A stretch of 64,000 bases of DNA from Octopus vulgaris (Eukaryota). The position numbers were made by a program, and so were the translations under genes. Positions 27,342-39,789 of this stretch are shown here, in pieces (position 1 is the stretch's first letter; every line of letters starts with the position of its first letter). The stretch is from contig OX597816.1 of the NCBI GenBank assembly GCA_951406725.2, positions 141,422,001 through 141,486,000 of the forward strand, written 5' to 3'. The notes beneath the pieces were generated by a model. It was not told the origin of the DNA, did no database searches, and worked only from the letters and a program-made list of their open reading frames with translations.

Positions 27342-27800
27342 ACAGGTCGTTGTCGACTTATGACCACAACTGGTTCCGACTGATTGGTTGTAAGTCGATT
27401 TAGTTGTAAGTCAATCTATGAGCCTATATAGCTTGGTTTAATTTTTTTAAATTCTTAAGGCACTTTTTCAGGTAAAAGTAACACACAGCATTCTGTATTA
27501 TACTATTATACTGGTGTTAGTCAAAAATTTTGGAGTCTCAAGCAGTTGTCTTATAAACAAACATGAAGTTGCCTCGATGTTTCCATGAAAGGATAGTCAT
27601 CCAGCACAGTGGCAATTGATAACCAAACCTAGGGGAAGTATTTGTTAGCTGACAACATCCGTAGATGGGTTAATTTCTAAGAAATTAAACCCATTATATT
27701 TCAACTGGACTATTTATTATTGCTGCTGGAAGATGGCATGCCAATCATCGTAAAGTCAATTGATCGTAAGTCAGATAGGTCATAAGATGACAATGACTTG

Positions 27801-27835
<35 letters not shown>

Positions 27836-29074
27836 ATACATACATACACATATATATATATATTTACATGCATACACACACACACACAAATATACATAAT
27901 ATATGCATGCACACAATACATACTTATGAACCATCATAGGGGTCACCTGTCCTGCTGATGTGAACATCTCTTTGAAAACCAAAAGAAAAGGATAACTATG
28001 GACATCTGCTTCAAAATCTCCATCTTCTATATGCAGATAATAACTTCACATTCATAACAAAAATAATTGGTGCACTTCGTTTTGTGAGTAAATATCTAAT
28101 GTGAGTAAATGTGAGAAAATGACAATCTGGATAAGTGAGGGTTTTCACAAAAAGAAATCAACCAGCTAACTCAAACATTACAAATACAAATTGTAAGTGG
28201 AACAGTAAAAATATACAAGACTTTTCTCAAGTTTCAAATGTGACATTTTTTTTTGTTACCTACATTCCACTGAAAGAGCTTTGAATCCTTGTTAGAAACC
28301 AGCTCCTTCCTCAGAGGAGTAATTTAGATAATCAAAAACAGAAGAAAATTAATGAATGAACGAACATGCATACTTGAATATAAGCACATATACATATATA
28401 CATACCTACCTATATACATACATATACGTACATAGCCCAACTAAGGAGGCAACTCAGAATAGACTCAACGTTTCATATATTTATCTACTCTACCAACTGT
28501 ACTGAGTTCTGTATCAAATAATGTGTGCATTTGGTAAAACATATTGTAATAAACTTACTTTAGTACTCTTAGATTATATATGTTACAATAATAAAAAAAA
28601 ATTAGATAAGCAAGCCTCTAACTTTCTTTCTCTTCCCCTAATATTCTTCATTAACTTATCCTTTCTCTTACTTCCTACTATTGTCCCTATTATGAATGTA
28701 TCTAATGCTCACATTATGCATCTTTTTCTCTTTTTACCCCATAATTTCTCCTACCTATCTCTCACTCTCTCTCTGTCTCTCTGTTGTTTCAATAACCTCA
28801 AGGAATGCTTTCATTTTCTAACTAATGTCCCCACTATAAATATGTCTCTTACAATCTCTATCTATTCTATCTTTCTTAATGTTTGTACAACACATGTTAC
28901 AATAATGGAAAATACAGACAAGTAAACTTCTAATTTCTCTTCCCTCTTCCAAACATTTTCCATTCTCCTATTCTTTCTTTATTTTTTTTTACTACTGTTC
29001 CTGTTATGAACTTGTCTAATTAATCAATTTATGCACCATTTTCTCTTCTTTCACATCTGACACAGCTATATGGT
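26961..29074 (+). repeat. Local ~270-bp duplication (26961-27236 / 28810-29074)
   Basis: Both copies contain TTGTACAACACATGTTACAATAATGGAAAATACAGACAAGTAAACTTCTAATTTCTCT and TGTTCCTGTTATGAACTTGTCTAATTAATCAATTTA. Confidence 0.9.
27343..27800. mobile_element. Tigger/pogo-type MITE in (TA)n
   Basis: TIRs CAGGTCGTTGTCGACTTATGAC / GTCATAAGATGACAATGACTTG, subterminal GTAAGTC repeats, TA flanks. Confidence 0.8.
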
Positions 29075-29235
29075 TAAGAATTTCACATTGCAGCCAAAAG
29101 TTTTGCTCTTGGAAAGTGTCTCATGTCATTGGAAAGTGTTTCATGACATTGTCTCATGTCAACCAATGCCTTGTGAACAAAATTTGCAAGATGAAAATTA
29201 TGTGGAGGCCCATCATGTGTGTGTGTGTGTGTATG

Positions 29236-30495
29236 TACAAGGGGTGTTCATTAAAGATTTCCCTTGACCCACTTCTGGTTAGTGCAAGAAATAGAACTTG
29301 AACAAATATAATCATAAATGTCTCTACATGTCACATTGTAAATTGTAGTTTTCCACTAGTATTTGTTTGTCGTTTACAGCTGCTGAAGTGGACTAAGGTG
29401 CTATAATGGAGGCAACTGAACGCTGATTAGTGATCAGGTTCTTATACTTGAAAGATTGGACACCAAAAGAGACTTTTGATGGGATGAAAGAAGTGTATGG
29501 TAATGATGCACCCTCATACAACATATTCAAGCACTGGCATTGCTAGTTCAAATGTGGTTGGACATTGGCGGAGACTTCTCCTATTCCTGGACGACCACAT
29601 TCTGCCATTGATGATGACACCATCCATAAAGTGGAAGCCACAATTTTGGAGGAACACCTCATAACTGCTCAGCAATTAGGCCAAGAAGTGAAGATAAGTC
29701 TAGGGTCTGTGGAAAAAAATCATTCACGACCATTTGCACATGTGAAAGTTGCCTGCATGATGGATTCCTTGGATACTCACACCTTTTCAGAAGCTGCAGT
29801 GAGTAAATTGCTCCCAGGCACTTTTGGCAATGTGCCAAGAAAACGAGAAGGACTTTTCTGGCAGACTTATCACAGGATGAAACACTGGTCCATCACTATG
29901 ATCCTGAGACTAAAGTCCAGTTGAAACAATGGAAGCACAATAACTCACCACTTTCAAAGAAGGCTTGCGTCCAACTCTCAGCAGGCAAGGTGTTGCTCAC
30001 AGTATTTTGGGACCAGTGTAGAGTAGTGATGATGAATTTTCTGGCAAAGGGCACCACAATTAACGGGATATATACTTCTCTGTTGCAAAAACTGTGGGAT
30101 ATTGTCAAAGCTGAGGGGTGTGGCATGCTGTCCAAAGGAGTCCGTCTTCTCCAAGACAACACCCCAGTTCACAATGTGCATGTTGCCCAGATGAAAGCAC
30201 ACACCTGCAGCTAAGAAATTCTTCCTCACCCCCCTTACTCTCCTGACCTCGCACCATCTGACTTTTATCTCTTTCCAACCATGAAATCTTTTTTGAAGGG
30301 GAAGCACTTTTCAGATGATGAACTTATCTGTGAGGTAAAGTCTTTGCTTCAGACACAACCTACTGGCTTCTACAGATGAGGTCTTCACAGCTGCATAATG
30401 TAATGAGAGAAGTGTGTCACCATTGGTGGTGACTATGTAGAGAAGGACTAATAATTATATCAAGTTTTGTTTATCCCAGTCCTTGGGAAATGGAT
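29236..30495 (+). mobile_element. Mariner transposon (irritans/Himar-like), pseudogenised, right TIR missing
   Basis: Left end TACAAGGGGTGTTCATTAAAG; MEATER*LVIRFLYLK, PIPGRP, SAGKVLLTVFWD, LLQDNTPVH, EILPHPPYSPDLAPSDFYLFP, ..GDYVEKD*. Confidence 0.9.
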
Positions 30496-30499
30496 ATTT

Positions 30500-30699
30500 A
30501 TTACAAGAAACAGCCAGGTTTCTTTCTCTAATGTTTTACATAGTTGAAACTACACAAGTGAATGTGTGAAAAACAAAATGAAAATTTTGAAAGAAGTATC
30601 TATAAAACTCATTTAAAAACATCAAATAGCTATGGGGTCCACCAGAATAAAATATTAATCAAAAGGGTTCATAGATAAAAGGATGGTTGAGAACCACTG
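30500..30699. mobile_element. hAT (Charlie-like) MITE end
   Basis: Ends in GGTTGAGAACCACTG, a typical hAT/Charlie terminus; abuts the truncated mariner. Confidence 0.5.
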
Positions 30700-32528
30700 G
30701 TCTAGACAGTCATTAGAGTGAAATTTATTTCTGCATATACACTATAATCAACGAACAGAATGGTTTTTATTAGCACTCTCCGCTTCTCTGCAAACTACCT
30801 TGATAAAAATGACAGTGACATCAGTATTATAGCCAGTGATGTTTAATGGACATGTTGGGCAATACCATACAGGTAAAAAGGCATGAAAGGTTGAAAAAAC
30901 AAAATTAATCACATGTAGAATTTGAACCTGGAACACAAAGAGGCATCGCTAGGAGCTTACAAAGTAGGCATAGCTAGGAGCTTACAAAGTAGCTCATTCA
31001 ATGTTATGATGAGTCTGTCATCCACTGTCTTTTGAGTGACAATGATGATGATATATAGAGAGAAAAATCAGTTTTAATGATATAGAAACCTTATAAGTCA
31101 TGTGAAGACATTGCTTTTCTATCAATTACTACTGCTCTAATTTATCTGTGAGGAAATTGGCATGACACTTAGTTATGGTTTGATTTATAGCAGCAATTGG
31201 GATTAATATTTGTTGATTCCAACCAAACAGAATAAAATAAATAAATAAACAATAAAAATAAACAAATAAATAAATAATTGTTGTGTGATAAATGAAGTCA
31301 CTTACAAAGTATGACACCACATTATTAAAGAAACATTAAGAAAAGAAGGAGAAAGCAACTCTTGTAAACTTTGTAGTTGATTCCTTATTTTGAAACAGTT
31401 GTATTTACATTAACATACAGACAAGAGGAAACCAAAGATGTGTGATCAATTTTGTGTAAATGATAATGATTAGTTTGATCAAAGTTGTATTTTGACTGCT
31501 CCTCTGAATCTTTTGCGGACAGGAGAATTTTGTGAAGTGATAGAAAAATATGCTCATAGTAATTTAGTCAAACAATATTTATGTTACTATCTTTATGAAT
31601 CAGATTGCACTGCTTATTTTGCACAGAACTTTCCACACTGACAACTTGATTTGCAATGGTTGTCTTCATTCTAACAATTTTAGTCGTTTAGATAAAAGGC
31701 AGAAAAATGTTAATAAATTATGAAATCTATGGAAAACTGACAAGTAATTATTTGTTATAATTACAGTCCATATAAGATGAGTGCAATCTTAAACATGCAT
31801 TGATGTGATGGCCCAGTTTACATGATTATGGTACTGCACTGGTCAGAATTAGAATTACATGAAAGTCTTGTCTAAACTGTTAAATGCATTTTAAAACTGA
31901 CAGCTTGTAACATTACATAAAGTCCATAGGAACATGCACAGAAATGTGTTGAGCACATGTACACATGCACACAGATACATATGTATACATGTTTATAAAG
32001 ATACAATGACTTCAAAGATGTTTTGTATCATTTTTTTTTCATTTTATCTAGTTTCAGCTCACAAGCTGTGGCCATGCTGGGGCACTGCCATTCGACTTTG
32101 TTATTAAATATTTCAGTATATCAAAGAATATTTCCATGTTAAAAGCATAAAATTCTAAAATTCTTTTGGAATAAAATTCTCATGATAAGTTCTAACCCAA
32201 CAGAGTTTGGGTATTAAGAAATGTAGAATACTGAGGCATATATCTAAAACAAAGTCCTGCTGTTGAAAAAAAATCTTGGGGTGTATTTGCTGCTTTGAGT
32301 TTCATTCCACAGCAAAAGTCTATATAGCTTAAGCATGTAACTATACTGCAGTATCCTGAATTAAAAAAATTTTCATACCATGTCAATGGATTAATCATTT
32401 CTTAATGACAAAATTATTGTTAAATAGTCTCAATGTTTTATAAAATATCAAGAATGAAAGTGAAAGGCAAAATAAATAAATAAATAAATGAATAAATAAA
32501 AGTGTGTATGATAGAATGAACAAAGTAC

Positions 32529-32604
32529 CGTGTAATGCTCCAGGTTGTGCGCTTGTCACCATCGTGCAATTGGTCTGGTCGTTTAACAGTCACTGCAGAC
32601 AAAC
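32529..32604 (-). CDS. Candidate 76-bp internal coding exon of an unidentified host gene: (G)LSAVTVKRPDQLHDGDKRTTWSIT(R)
   Basis: Minus strand: pyrimidine-rich tract ending CCCTAACTACAG, then the exon, then GTACTT; only one frame is open; unique, more GC-rich and CpG-retaining sequence in an AT-rich background. Confidence 0.45.
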
Positions 32605-33519
32605 CTGTAGTTAGGGTGCAAGTAAACAGTTATTGACAATGAATGTTGCAAGCAAAAGCATAGGAAAAGCACACAAGTAGTATTAACAAAAAGAAACTTG
32701 CCTTGGTTATTTGGTATTAAGGAGAAACAAACAAAAATTGATTACTTGTTTTGAGTAGTAATAAGGAGGGAGAAAAAAGATTCGTATAATAAAAATGATT
32801 CATTATTTTTATTATTCAATTGTATAAATCTAAAAAGCATAAATGATTTAATGTTCATTGCAAAGTGTTTATTTTCTTTCTTAATGTTTAAGTAAAATTT
32901 TGAAATAAATCTACGTGTAGTTTTCTAGGCAATATATTCCATTGATATTAATGGCCCAGTGGAGGGAAAGAACAAAGGGTGGACGTATTTGTGATGAAGA
33001 GAAATTTTCTTGCATCACTTAGCATTACAATGGTGAGAAATAGTACGAAGAGAGATTTAAATATCCTACTTAAAGCTGAGTCTTATGTCTCAGTCTATTT
33101 GAGAATCATGCTCCAACTATTCCAGTAAACAAAAGATAATACAACTGTTGTGCTTTTATTTATTTCATTTTATTTTATTTGGTTATTGCACTTGTTTTGA
33201 AAAAATTGAAATTTTGTATTTTTAAATAAGCAACAAAAATATTACAAAATGCAATTTCAGATCATTTCTATATAAAAGTGAAATAGATAAAATTTATATA
33301 CATGTGTGTGTACACATATATATACATATATATTTATATAACATATACAAACATACAAATATATATTTATTTATATAACATACATGTATTCATCTATATC
33401 TATATCTATATCTATCTATCTATATATATATATATTTATACACATATATACATATATATATATACATATTTATATTTATACATATACATATATATATGAA
33501 CACCCATGAATACAAGTAT

Positions 33520-33558
<39 letters not shown>

Positions 33559-34500
33559 CACACATCATATATATATATATATACACACACATATAAACAC
33601 AACCATAAATGTTTGTGCGTGTATGTAACACAACTTTTAATTTTATGAAAGAATACTTAAAATATTTTAAAGTTTACTAAAAATATAAACTATCAATTTT
33701 CTAACAAAAAATCACAATAGAAAAATTTATTGGGTTAAAAGTGTACGTACATACATACATACATACATACATTTGGAAACTACCTCACTTGGAAACAGAT
33801 AGAGGTTAGCAGCAGGAAGGGCATCCAGCTGTAGAAAACTTGCCACACAAATAGTGCTGCACACACATAAACATATATATATATATATATATATATAATC
33901 ATTATTATCAAATGCAAACATGCATAGAAACACATGTATGCATACATATATATGTACATGTAATATACATTTGCATATGTATTTATGTTTGTATGTTTGT
34001 GTGTCTCATCATGGACTTGTAGTTCAAATCTGCCTTCAAGCATTTCTTAACACTAAACAAACAGATTTAGCTAGTGGTGAATAAAAACAAGACCATCTGT
34101 GGGAAGTTCAGCAGTGTTAGTCACCCAGTTAAGAGTTATTTCTTTGAATAGTTTTGAAAGGGAAGTAAGTAATGTATAGATTTTTAAGATAATGATGATT
34201 ATGCATTGATGTGTGTATAACCAAACAAAAACAAATACAAAAAAAAAATTACAAAAACAAACAGAAAAGAATAAGAAAGAAAAACATTCGTTTTTCATAG
34301 CTCCTAATTAAGTTAAGTCAAAAACTAGCAGTCTCTGAAGGTGACCACTTTGTTGAAGTGATGAACTGATTCACCTGTTTTGTTTAACCATACATTGCAG
34401 AGATATGAAACAGAATATATAAGAGAGGGGCGGAGGAGAGGAGGAGGAGAAGAAGAAGAAGAAGAAGAAGAAGAAGAAAAGGAAGAAGAAATAGATAGAT

Positions 34501-34568
<68 letters not shown>

Positions 34569-34756
34569 GTTAAGGAGAGTGAAGGTTAAGAAAAGAAAAA
34601 TATTATTTGCCTGAAGTCAAATTTTATTGAACAGGCATCAGGCATGTAGTCACTTGAAGTGTTGAAAATAGCAGCCAAAACACTCACAAATCATACCCTT
34701 AAATAACGGCTATATTGAACAATACAGTTTCTCATATGCAAAAGGTGGGATGACTC

Positions 34757-35148
34757 AATAACAAATGAAGGACAGGTGTCAATCCATTATGGCCATTTCT
34801 AATTACTCCATTAACTGATTAATGAGTACATTATATCAATTCCAAAGAAACTGTTTTCTTCAGATGGATTACTTTACAATGAAGGACATTCCAAATTATT
34901 TAACATAATCTTTTAAAACTATGTTAAATTATTTGGAATGTAAAGTATCCATCTGTAACGTATCCATCTGAAGAAAACAATTTCTTTGGAAGTATCCATT
35001 GTTAAGTATCCATTTGAAGAAAACAGTTTCTTTGGAAGTGATATTTTGGAATTGGTATTTTGGAATTGATATAATGCACTCATTAATCAATTAGAGGAGT
35101 CATTAGAAACAGCTATAATGGATTGACACCTACCCTTCATTTGTTATT
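34757..35148. mobile_element. Fold-back element (~390 bp) with hammerhead-like motifs in both arms
   Basis: AATAACAAATGAAGG..AGGTGTCAATCCATTAT... is the reverse complement of ...ATAATGGATTGACACCT..CCTTCATTTGTTATT; symmetry continues to the centre ACATTCCAAAT.ATTTAACATA/TATGTTAAAT.ATTTGGAATGT; the right arm has internal duplications. Confidence 0.8.
34782..34869 (-). ncRNA. Hammerhead ribozyme-like motif (left arm; mirror copy at 34962-35123 on +)
   Basis: Minus strand ATCCAT-CTGAAGA-[insert with hairpin TACTCATTAA/TTAATGGAGTA]-GAAAT GGCC ATA-ATGGAT: 6-bp stem I and palindromic stem III; proximal stem II is weak. Confidence 0.6.
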
Positions 35149-35672
35149 CAATTATATACTATTCACCTATCTCAGAACGTGCCCTTCACATATTCTAAAG
35201 CTTATTATGGATTGTGCATTTAATAAAAGTGTACATGTCTGAATAACTCAAGAGTGGATTGTATACTCAGCTGAATCTAATTTTCTGCAAGCACTATAAG
35301 AATTTCATTCTGCCAGTACTTACATACTGGGGTTCACATTTGCAAATTATATTATTCCGATGTAACTAGGTGCACCAACTGAAGTACCTTATTCAACTGA
35401 ATCTTATCATCATCATCATCATCATCATCATCGTTTAACGTCCGTTCTCCATGCTAGCATGGGTTGGACGATATATATATATATATATATATATATTATC
35501 TTTTTACTTGTTTCTGTCATTGGACTATGGATATACTGGAGCATCATCTTGAAGGGTTTTAGTCTAACAAATTGAACTTTGTTTGTTTGTGTGTTTGTTT
35601 GTTTGTGTGTTTGTTTGTTTGTATGTATGTATGTATGTATGTTTGTATAAAATAAAATAAAATAAAATAAAA

Positions 35673-35794
35673 ATATTTAATCCATAATCATTAGTCTGAT
35701 TAAATATAATATGGTTTCACCTCTGGCAACCCAGTTCCCAGCTTTAGGCAAAGCAAAATATATTTTGTTGGACTAATGATTATGGATTAAATAT
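35673..35794. repeat. Inverted repeat, 24-bp perfect arms with a 74-bp spacer
   Basis: ATATTTAATCCATAATCATTAGTC (35673-35696) / GACTAATGATTATGGATTAAATAT (35771-35794). Confidence 0.85.
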
Positions 35795-35887
35795 ATTGTT
35801 TTATTCAGACCTAACTTTGAGTGCTTTATTCTAAGTGACAAGACATAGCTTCTTTTGAACTGGTCACCTCCTGTAATATATATATAT

Positions 35888-37179
35888 ATTAAGAATGAAA
35901 TGTCTGATTTTCTTATGCACCAATTTTGACAGTCGTTAACTTTAATTTTTATCCTGAGAGTTCATTGTTTTATAACATTAAAGAGTTACATCATCACCTT
36001 TCAACATGCAATTATTGGTGTCTGGTTATATTGTGAGTTTTTTCTTGTAATTTTTTGTGGACCTCTGGGTAGATAAAAAATTCGTGTTAATTATGAATAT
36101 GAGTTCCATCATAGAACCAATGCATCTCAGACAGCTCGAAACATCAATAAGGTGTTTGGTGAAGATGTGGTGAATAAGTGAACTGTATGTTGATCATTTG
36201 AGAAGTTCCAATCAGGTGACTTTACTCTTGAAAATCAGCCCAGTAGTAGACCTGAGACCAAGTTAGGTGATGAGCTGGAGACTCTAATAGAAGTGGATAT
36301 TTCTCAAACTATGCATAAGTTAGCAGCAAGGTTTGATGTTTCAATTCCAACTGTATTGGACCATCTGAAACAAATCAGCAAGGTAAAGAAGCTGGACAAG
36401 TGGGTATCATACAAACTGAATGAGTATCAAATGACACAACGTCTTGAAACTTGCTGTTCTCTGCTGTCACAGAATAAAAGTGAACTGTTTTTGCATTGTA
36501 TTGTTATGTGTGATGAAAAATAGAGTCTTTTCAACAATAGCAAGTGTTCTGCATGGTGGTTGGATAGAGACAAAGTGTCAAAACAACCCAAAAAAGAATA
36601 TTCACCAAAAAAAGGGTAATGGTGTCTGTTTGGTGGTCCAGCATTGGTGTCATCCACTACAGCATCATGAAACTTAGTAAGTCAGTTACAGCGGATATAT
36701 ACATTAACCAATTAGATGAAATCTTGAGTGAAAGTGCAATTAAACAACTGAGATTGGTCAACAGAGACAGGCCAATTCTCTTGCAAGACAATGCTTGACC
36801 ACATGTTGCACAAAGAATGCTACTTGGGTTACAGGAACTGTACTTGGAAGTACTCTGTCATTCACCTTATTCACCAGACCTTGCACCAACTGACTATCAC
36901 GTTTTCCAGACCTTGCACCAACTGACTATCACATTTTCCAGACAACTTTTGCAAGGAAAAAACTTCGAATCTGAAGAAAATGCAAAAACAGCCTTTCATG
37001 ATTTCATCACCTTTTGCTCTCCAAAATTCTTTGCTGCCAGCATAAAGAAGTTACCGATAAAATGGCAAAATTGTGCTGATAATTTAGGTTCATACTTTGA
37101 TTAACTGCATTGTGTTTTGTTGAGATAAAGTAAAATAAACTTTCAGTTCAAAATCGGACATTTCATTCCTAATGACCTC

Positions 37180-37185
<6 letters not shown>
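35888..37185 (+). mobile_element. Mariner transposon (cecropia/Hsmar1-like), pseudogenised
   Basis: TIR remnants ATTAAGAATGAAATGTCTGATTTT / AAAATCGGACATTTCATTCCTAAT; KIRVNYEYEF..QTARNINKVFG, KVKKLDKWVSYKL, IVMCDEK*, LLQDNA*PH, HSPYSPDLAPTDYH, ..GSYFD*. Confidence 0.92.
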
Positions 37186-37230
<45 letters not shown>

Positions 37231-37279
37231 AAACAAGTAAAAAATAGAAAATGCTAAGATAATTTTATAGTGAATCTTT

Positions 37280-37317
37280 CAGTACTGGTTTCGGTCATTT
37301 TGAGACCTTTTCAACTG
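37280..37317 (-). ncRNA. Minimal variant hammerhead-like motif in a (TA)n-flanked element (37227-37584)
   Basis: Minus strand CAG-TTGAAAA-GGTC tcaaaat GACC-GAAAC CA GTA-CTG; stems I and II pair perfectly, but the core differs from CTGANGA at two positions. Confidence 0.5.
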
Positions 37318-37582
37318 TAACGATTAAATAATTAAATTTAGAAAAATTAGAAGAAAAGTTTTTTTAAAAGAATATTTCTGTAGTAGTGTTCAGATATAAG
37401 TAGCATTCTGCCTTTCTCTGACTCCCTTGTTTGCACTGGAAAGCTGAAAGTGGTACTCAACACAATTGGTAGGAGTTATGTATATTATTTAATAACAGTT
37501 TGATTTGGCTCCATACAATTTTTGTAGTTTCATTCATCAAATCTAACTTGTCAGACACAGTGATCTGAATGGAGAGGGCCCA

Positions 37583-37634
<52 letters not shown>

Positions 37635-37637
<3 letters not shown>

Positions 37638-37762
37638 GTTAGGAAGGGCATCCAGCTGTGGAAACACTGCCAGATCAGACTGGAGCCTGGTGCAGTCTCC
37701 TGGCTTCTCAGACCCCGATCGAACTGTCCAACCCATGCTAGCATGGAGAGCGGACGTTAAAC

Positions 37763-37794
<32 letters not shown>
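37635..37794 (+). mobile_element. RTE LINE 3' end, (GAT)n-tailed, inside (TA)n
   Basis: GGCGTTAGGAAGGGCATCCAGCTG...GGACGTTAAACGATGATGAT; TA tracts on both sides. Confidence 0.85.
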
Positions 37795-37833
<39 letters not shown>

Positions 37834-38331
37834 TTGTCTGTAGAGAAGCCCTGTAGAACATTCTCATTAGTTTAACGTCTGTTTTTTCATGTTTGCATGG
37901 GTCAATGAGAATTTGTTTGCAGATTTTTCATAGCAGATGCCTTTCCTGTCACCAACCTTCATTTGTTTCCATACAAGATAATACCTCCACCCCCCATATG
38001 TTTATGAACAATTAGAAAGGAACCAAACCACTTGTATGACAGTAATGCTCATTACCTCTATGACACGATGTCAAGACGAGACACAAAACACTCACACATG
38101 TACATATGATGTGTTTCTTTTAGTTTAAATCTAACAAATCTATTCACAAGGGTTTGGTCAGCCCACAGTTAAAGTAGAAAATAGTTGCCATTGCAGCGGG
38201 ACTGAACCTGAAACCACATGCTTGAGAAGCAAACTTCTTAACCACATAGCCATGCTTATACCATGTATGTGTGTGTGTGTATCTATATGTATATATGTGT
38301 GTGTGCATGTTTATATATGTGTGTGTATGTA

Positions 38332-38363
<32 letters not shown>

Positions 38364-39099
38364 GTAATAATCCTTGGATGGGACATACCTCAATCAACCT
38401 TCTCACTGGTTAAAAGTGATAAACAACTCTCAGTTAAAAATCCATTAATGCTATATTGCCTGAAGAAATGAATCCATGAAGATGATCTACACAGTAGTCA
38501 TTCCAGGAATATGGACTGTGAATTTAAGAGATATGTGATTTGTGGAAATGCACACAGTGATGCATTAAAACATTTGAAATATTTATAAATTCCATCTAAG
38601 GATTATTGTTATTACTATATTTATCCTACATTATATTGGTACAGCTTGGTGCAACCTCAAAAAACTGGTTCATCAGCCAGCATCATTAGACTGTAGCTGG
38701 CATAATGGAATAGGAACTTTATCTGCATATTCAGAATGCTGCCCATAAACAGATCTAATTAATATATATCCTTATTATAACAAGTAGCAGAAAATCATTT
38801 GGAAGTCAGTGCTTCTACCAGTTTATATAATTACCAAAATATTGCAACATAATCATCTCTCCTTTAATGCATCGATATAATGTTGGCTCTATACTCAATA
38901 ATATCACCTTACCCGCTTCAATATAACAAGGTAATATTTTTTTTCAACCATCAATAACTATACCACAAGATAAAGTTTCACTGGTTATTGTACAGCTTCT
39001 CCACAAAGTGAGCCTATAAAGCTGCTTGATCTACTAGAAGTAGTAATTAAGTCTCCCTCAAATCATTCTTACCCTCCTAAATAAGGAAATGACACAAAT

Positions 39100-39716
39100 C
39101 AGTAGTCCCCAGCTTTTCTTGGTACCACAGACTGGTTTCATGCAAACGATTTTCCATGGTCTGAGGGATCATGTGCATAACAAAACAATAAAGTGTATAA
39201 TATATGATTTAATTATTACATATATACAGGGTAAAGACCCCTTTCGGTCATGAATGACCATGGGATTGCACCTAGAAAGTTATCCTCCGAGGCACAAGTT
39301 TGGGCAAGATTCTTTAGGGAAGATCAGCTGTTACCCATGCATACTGGCTTCCCCTCTCCATACTACTGATGTTATCCAAGGGGAAAAAGCAAAGGTCAGT
39401 ACAGCTGGGCACCAGTGATGTCACAACTCATTTCTACAGCTCAGTGAACTAGAGCTATGTAAAAATAAAGTGTCTTGCTCAAGAACACAACATACATCTT
39501 GGTCTGGGAATTGAACTCATTACTTCATGAGTGTGAGCCCAATGCTCAAGCCACTGAGCCATACACCTTTACCTGCATATATATATATATATATAATGCA
39601 AAAACACTCCACAGACTGCAATAGTCAATTAAAAAATTTATTCGTTCTGTGCAACCTGGTACCAAATGATCCATAACCCAACACTGGTCTATGAACCTGG
39701 TGCCTGGGGACTCATG
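39100..39716. mobile_element. hAT-type MITE interrupted by a family C SINE
   Basis: Degenerate TIRs CAGTAGTCCCCAG / CTGGGGACTCATG; SINE occupies 39227-39570. Confidence 0.55.
39227..39570 (-). mobile_element. SINE family C
   Basis: Reverse-complement homologue of 9248-9579. Confidence 0.8.
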
Positions 39717-39789
39717 ACACAGGCAATGTAGTTCTACATTCCCCTGAATAGATAAGGTGGCCATCACTGGAATGGTTTTGATTATAGAT

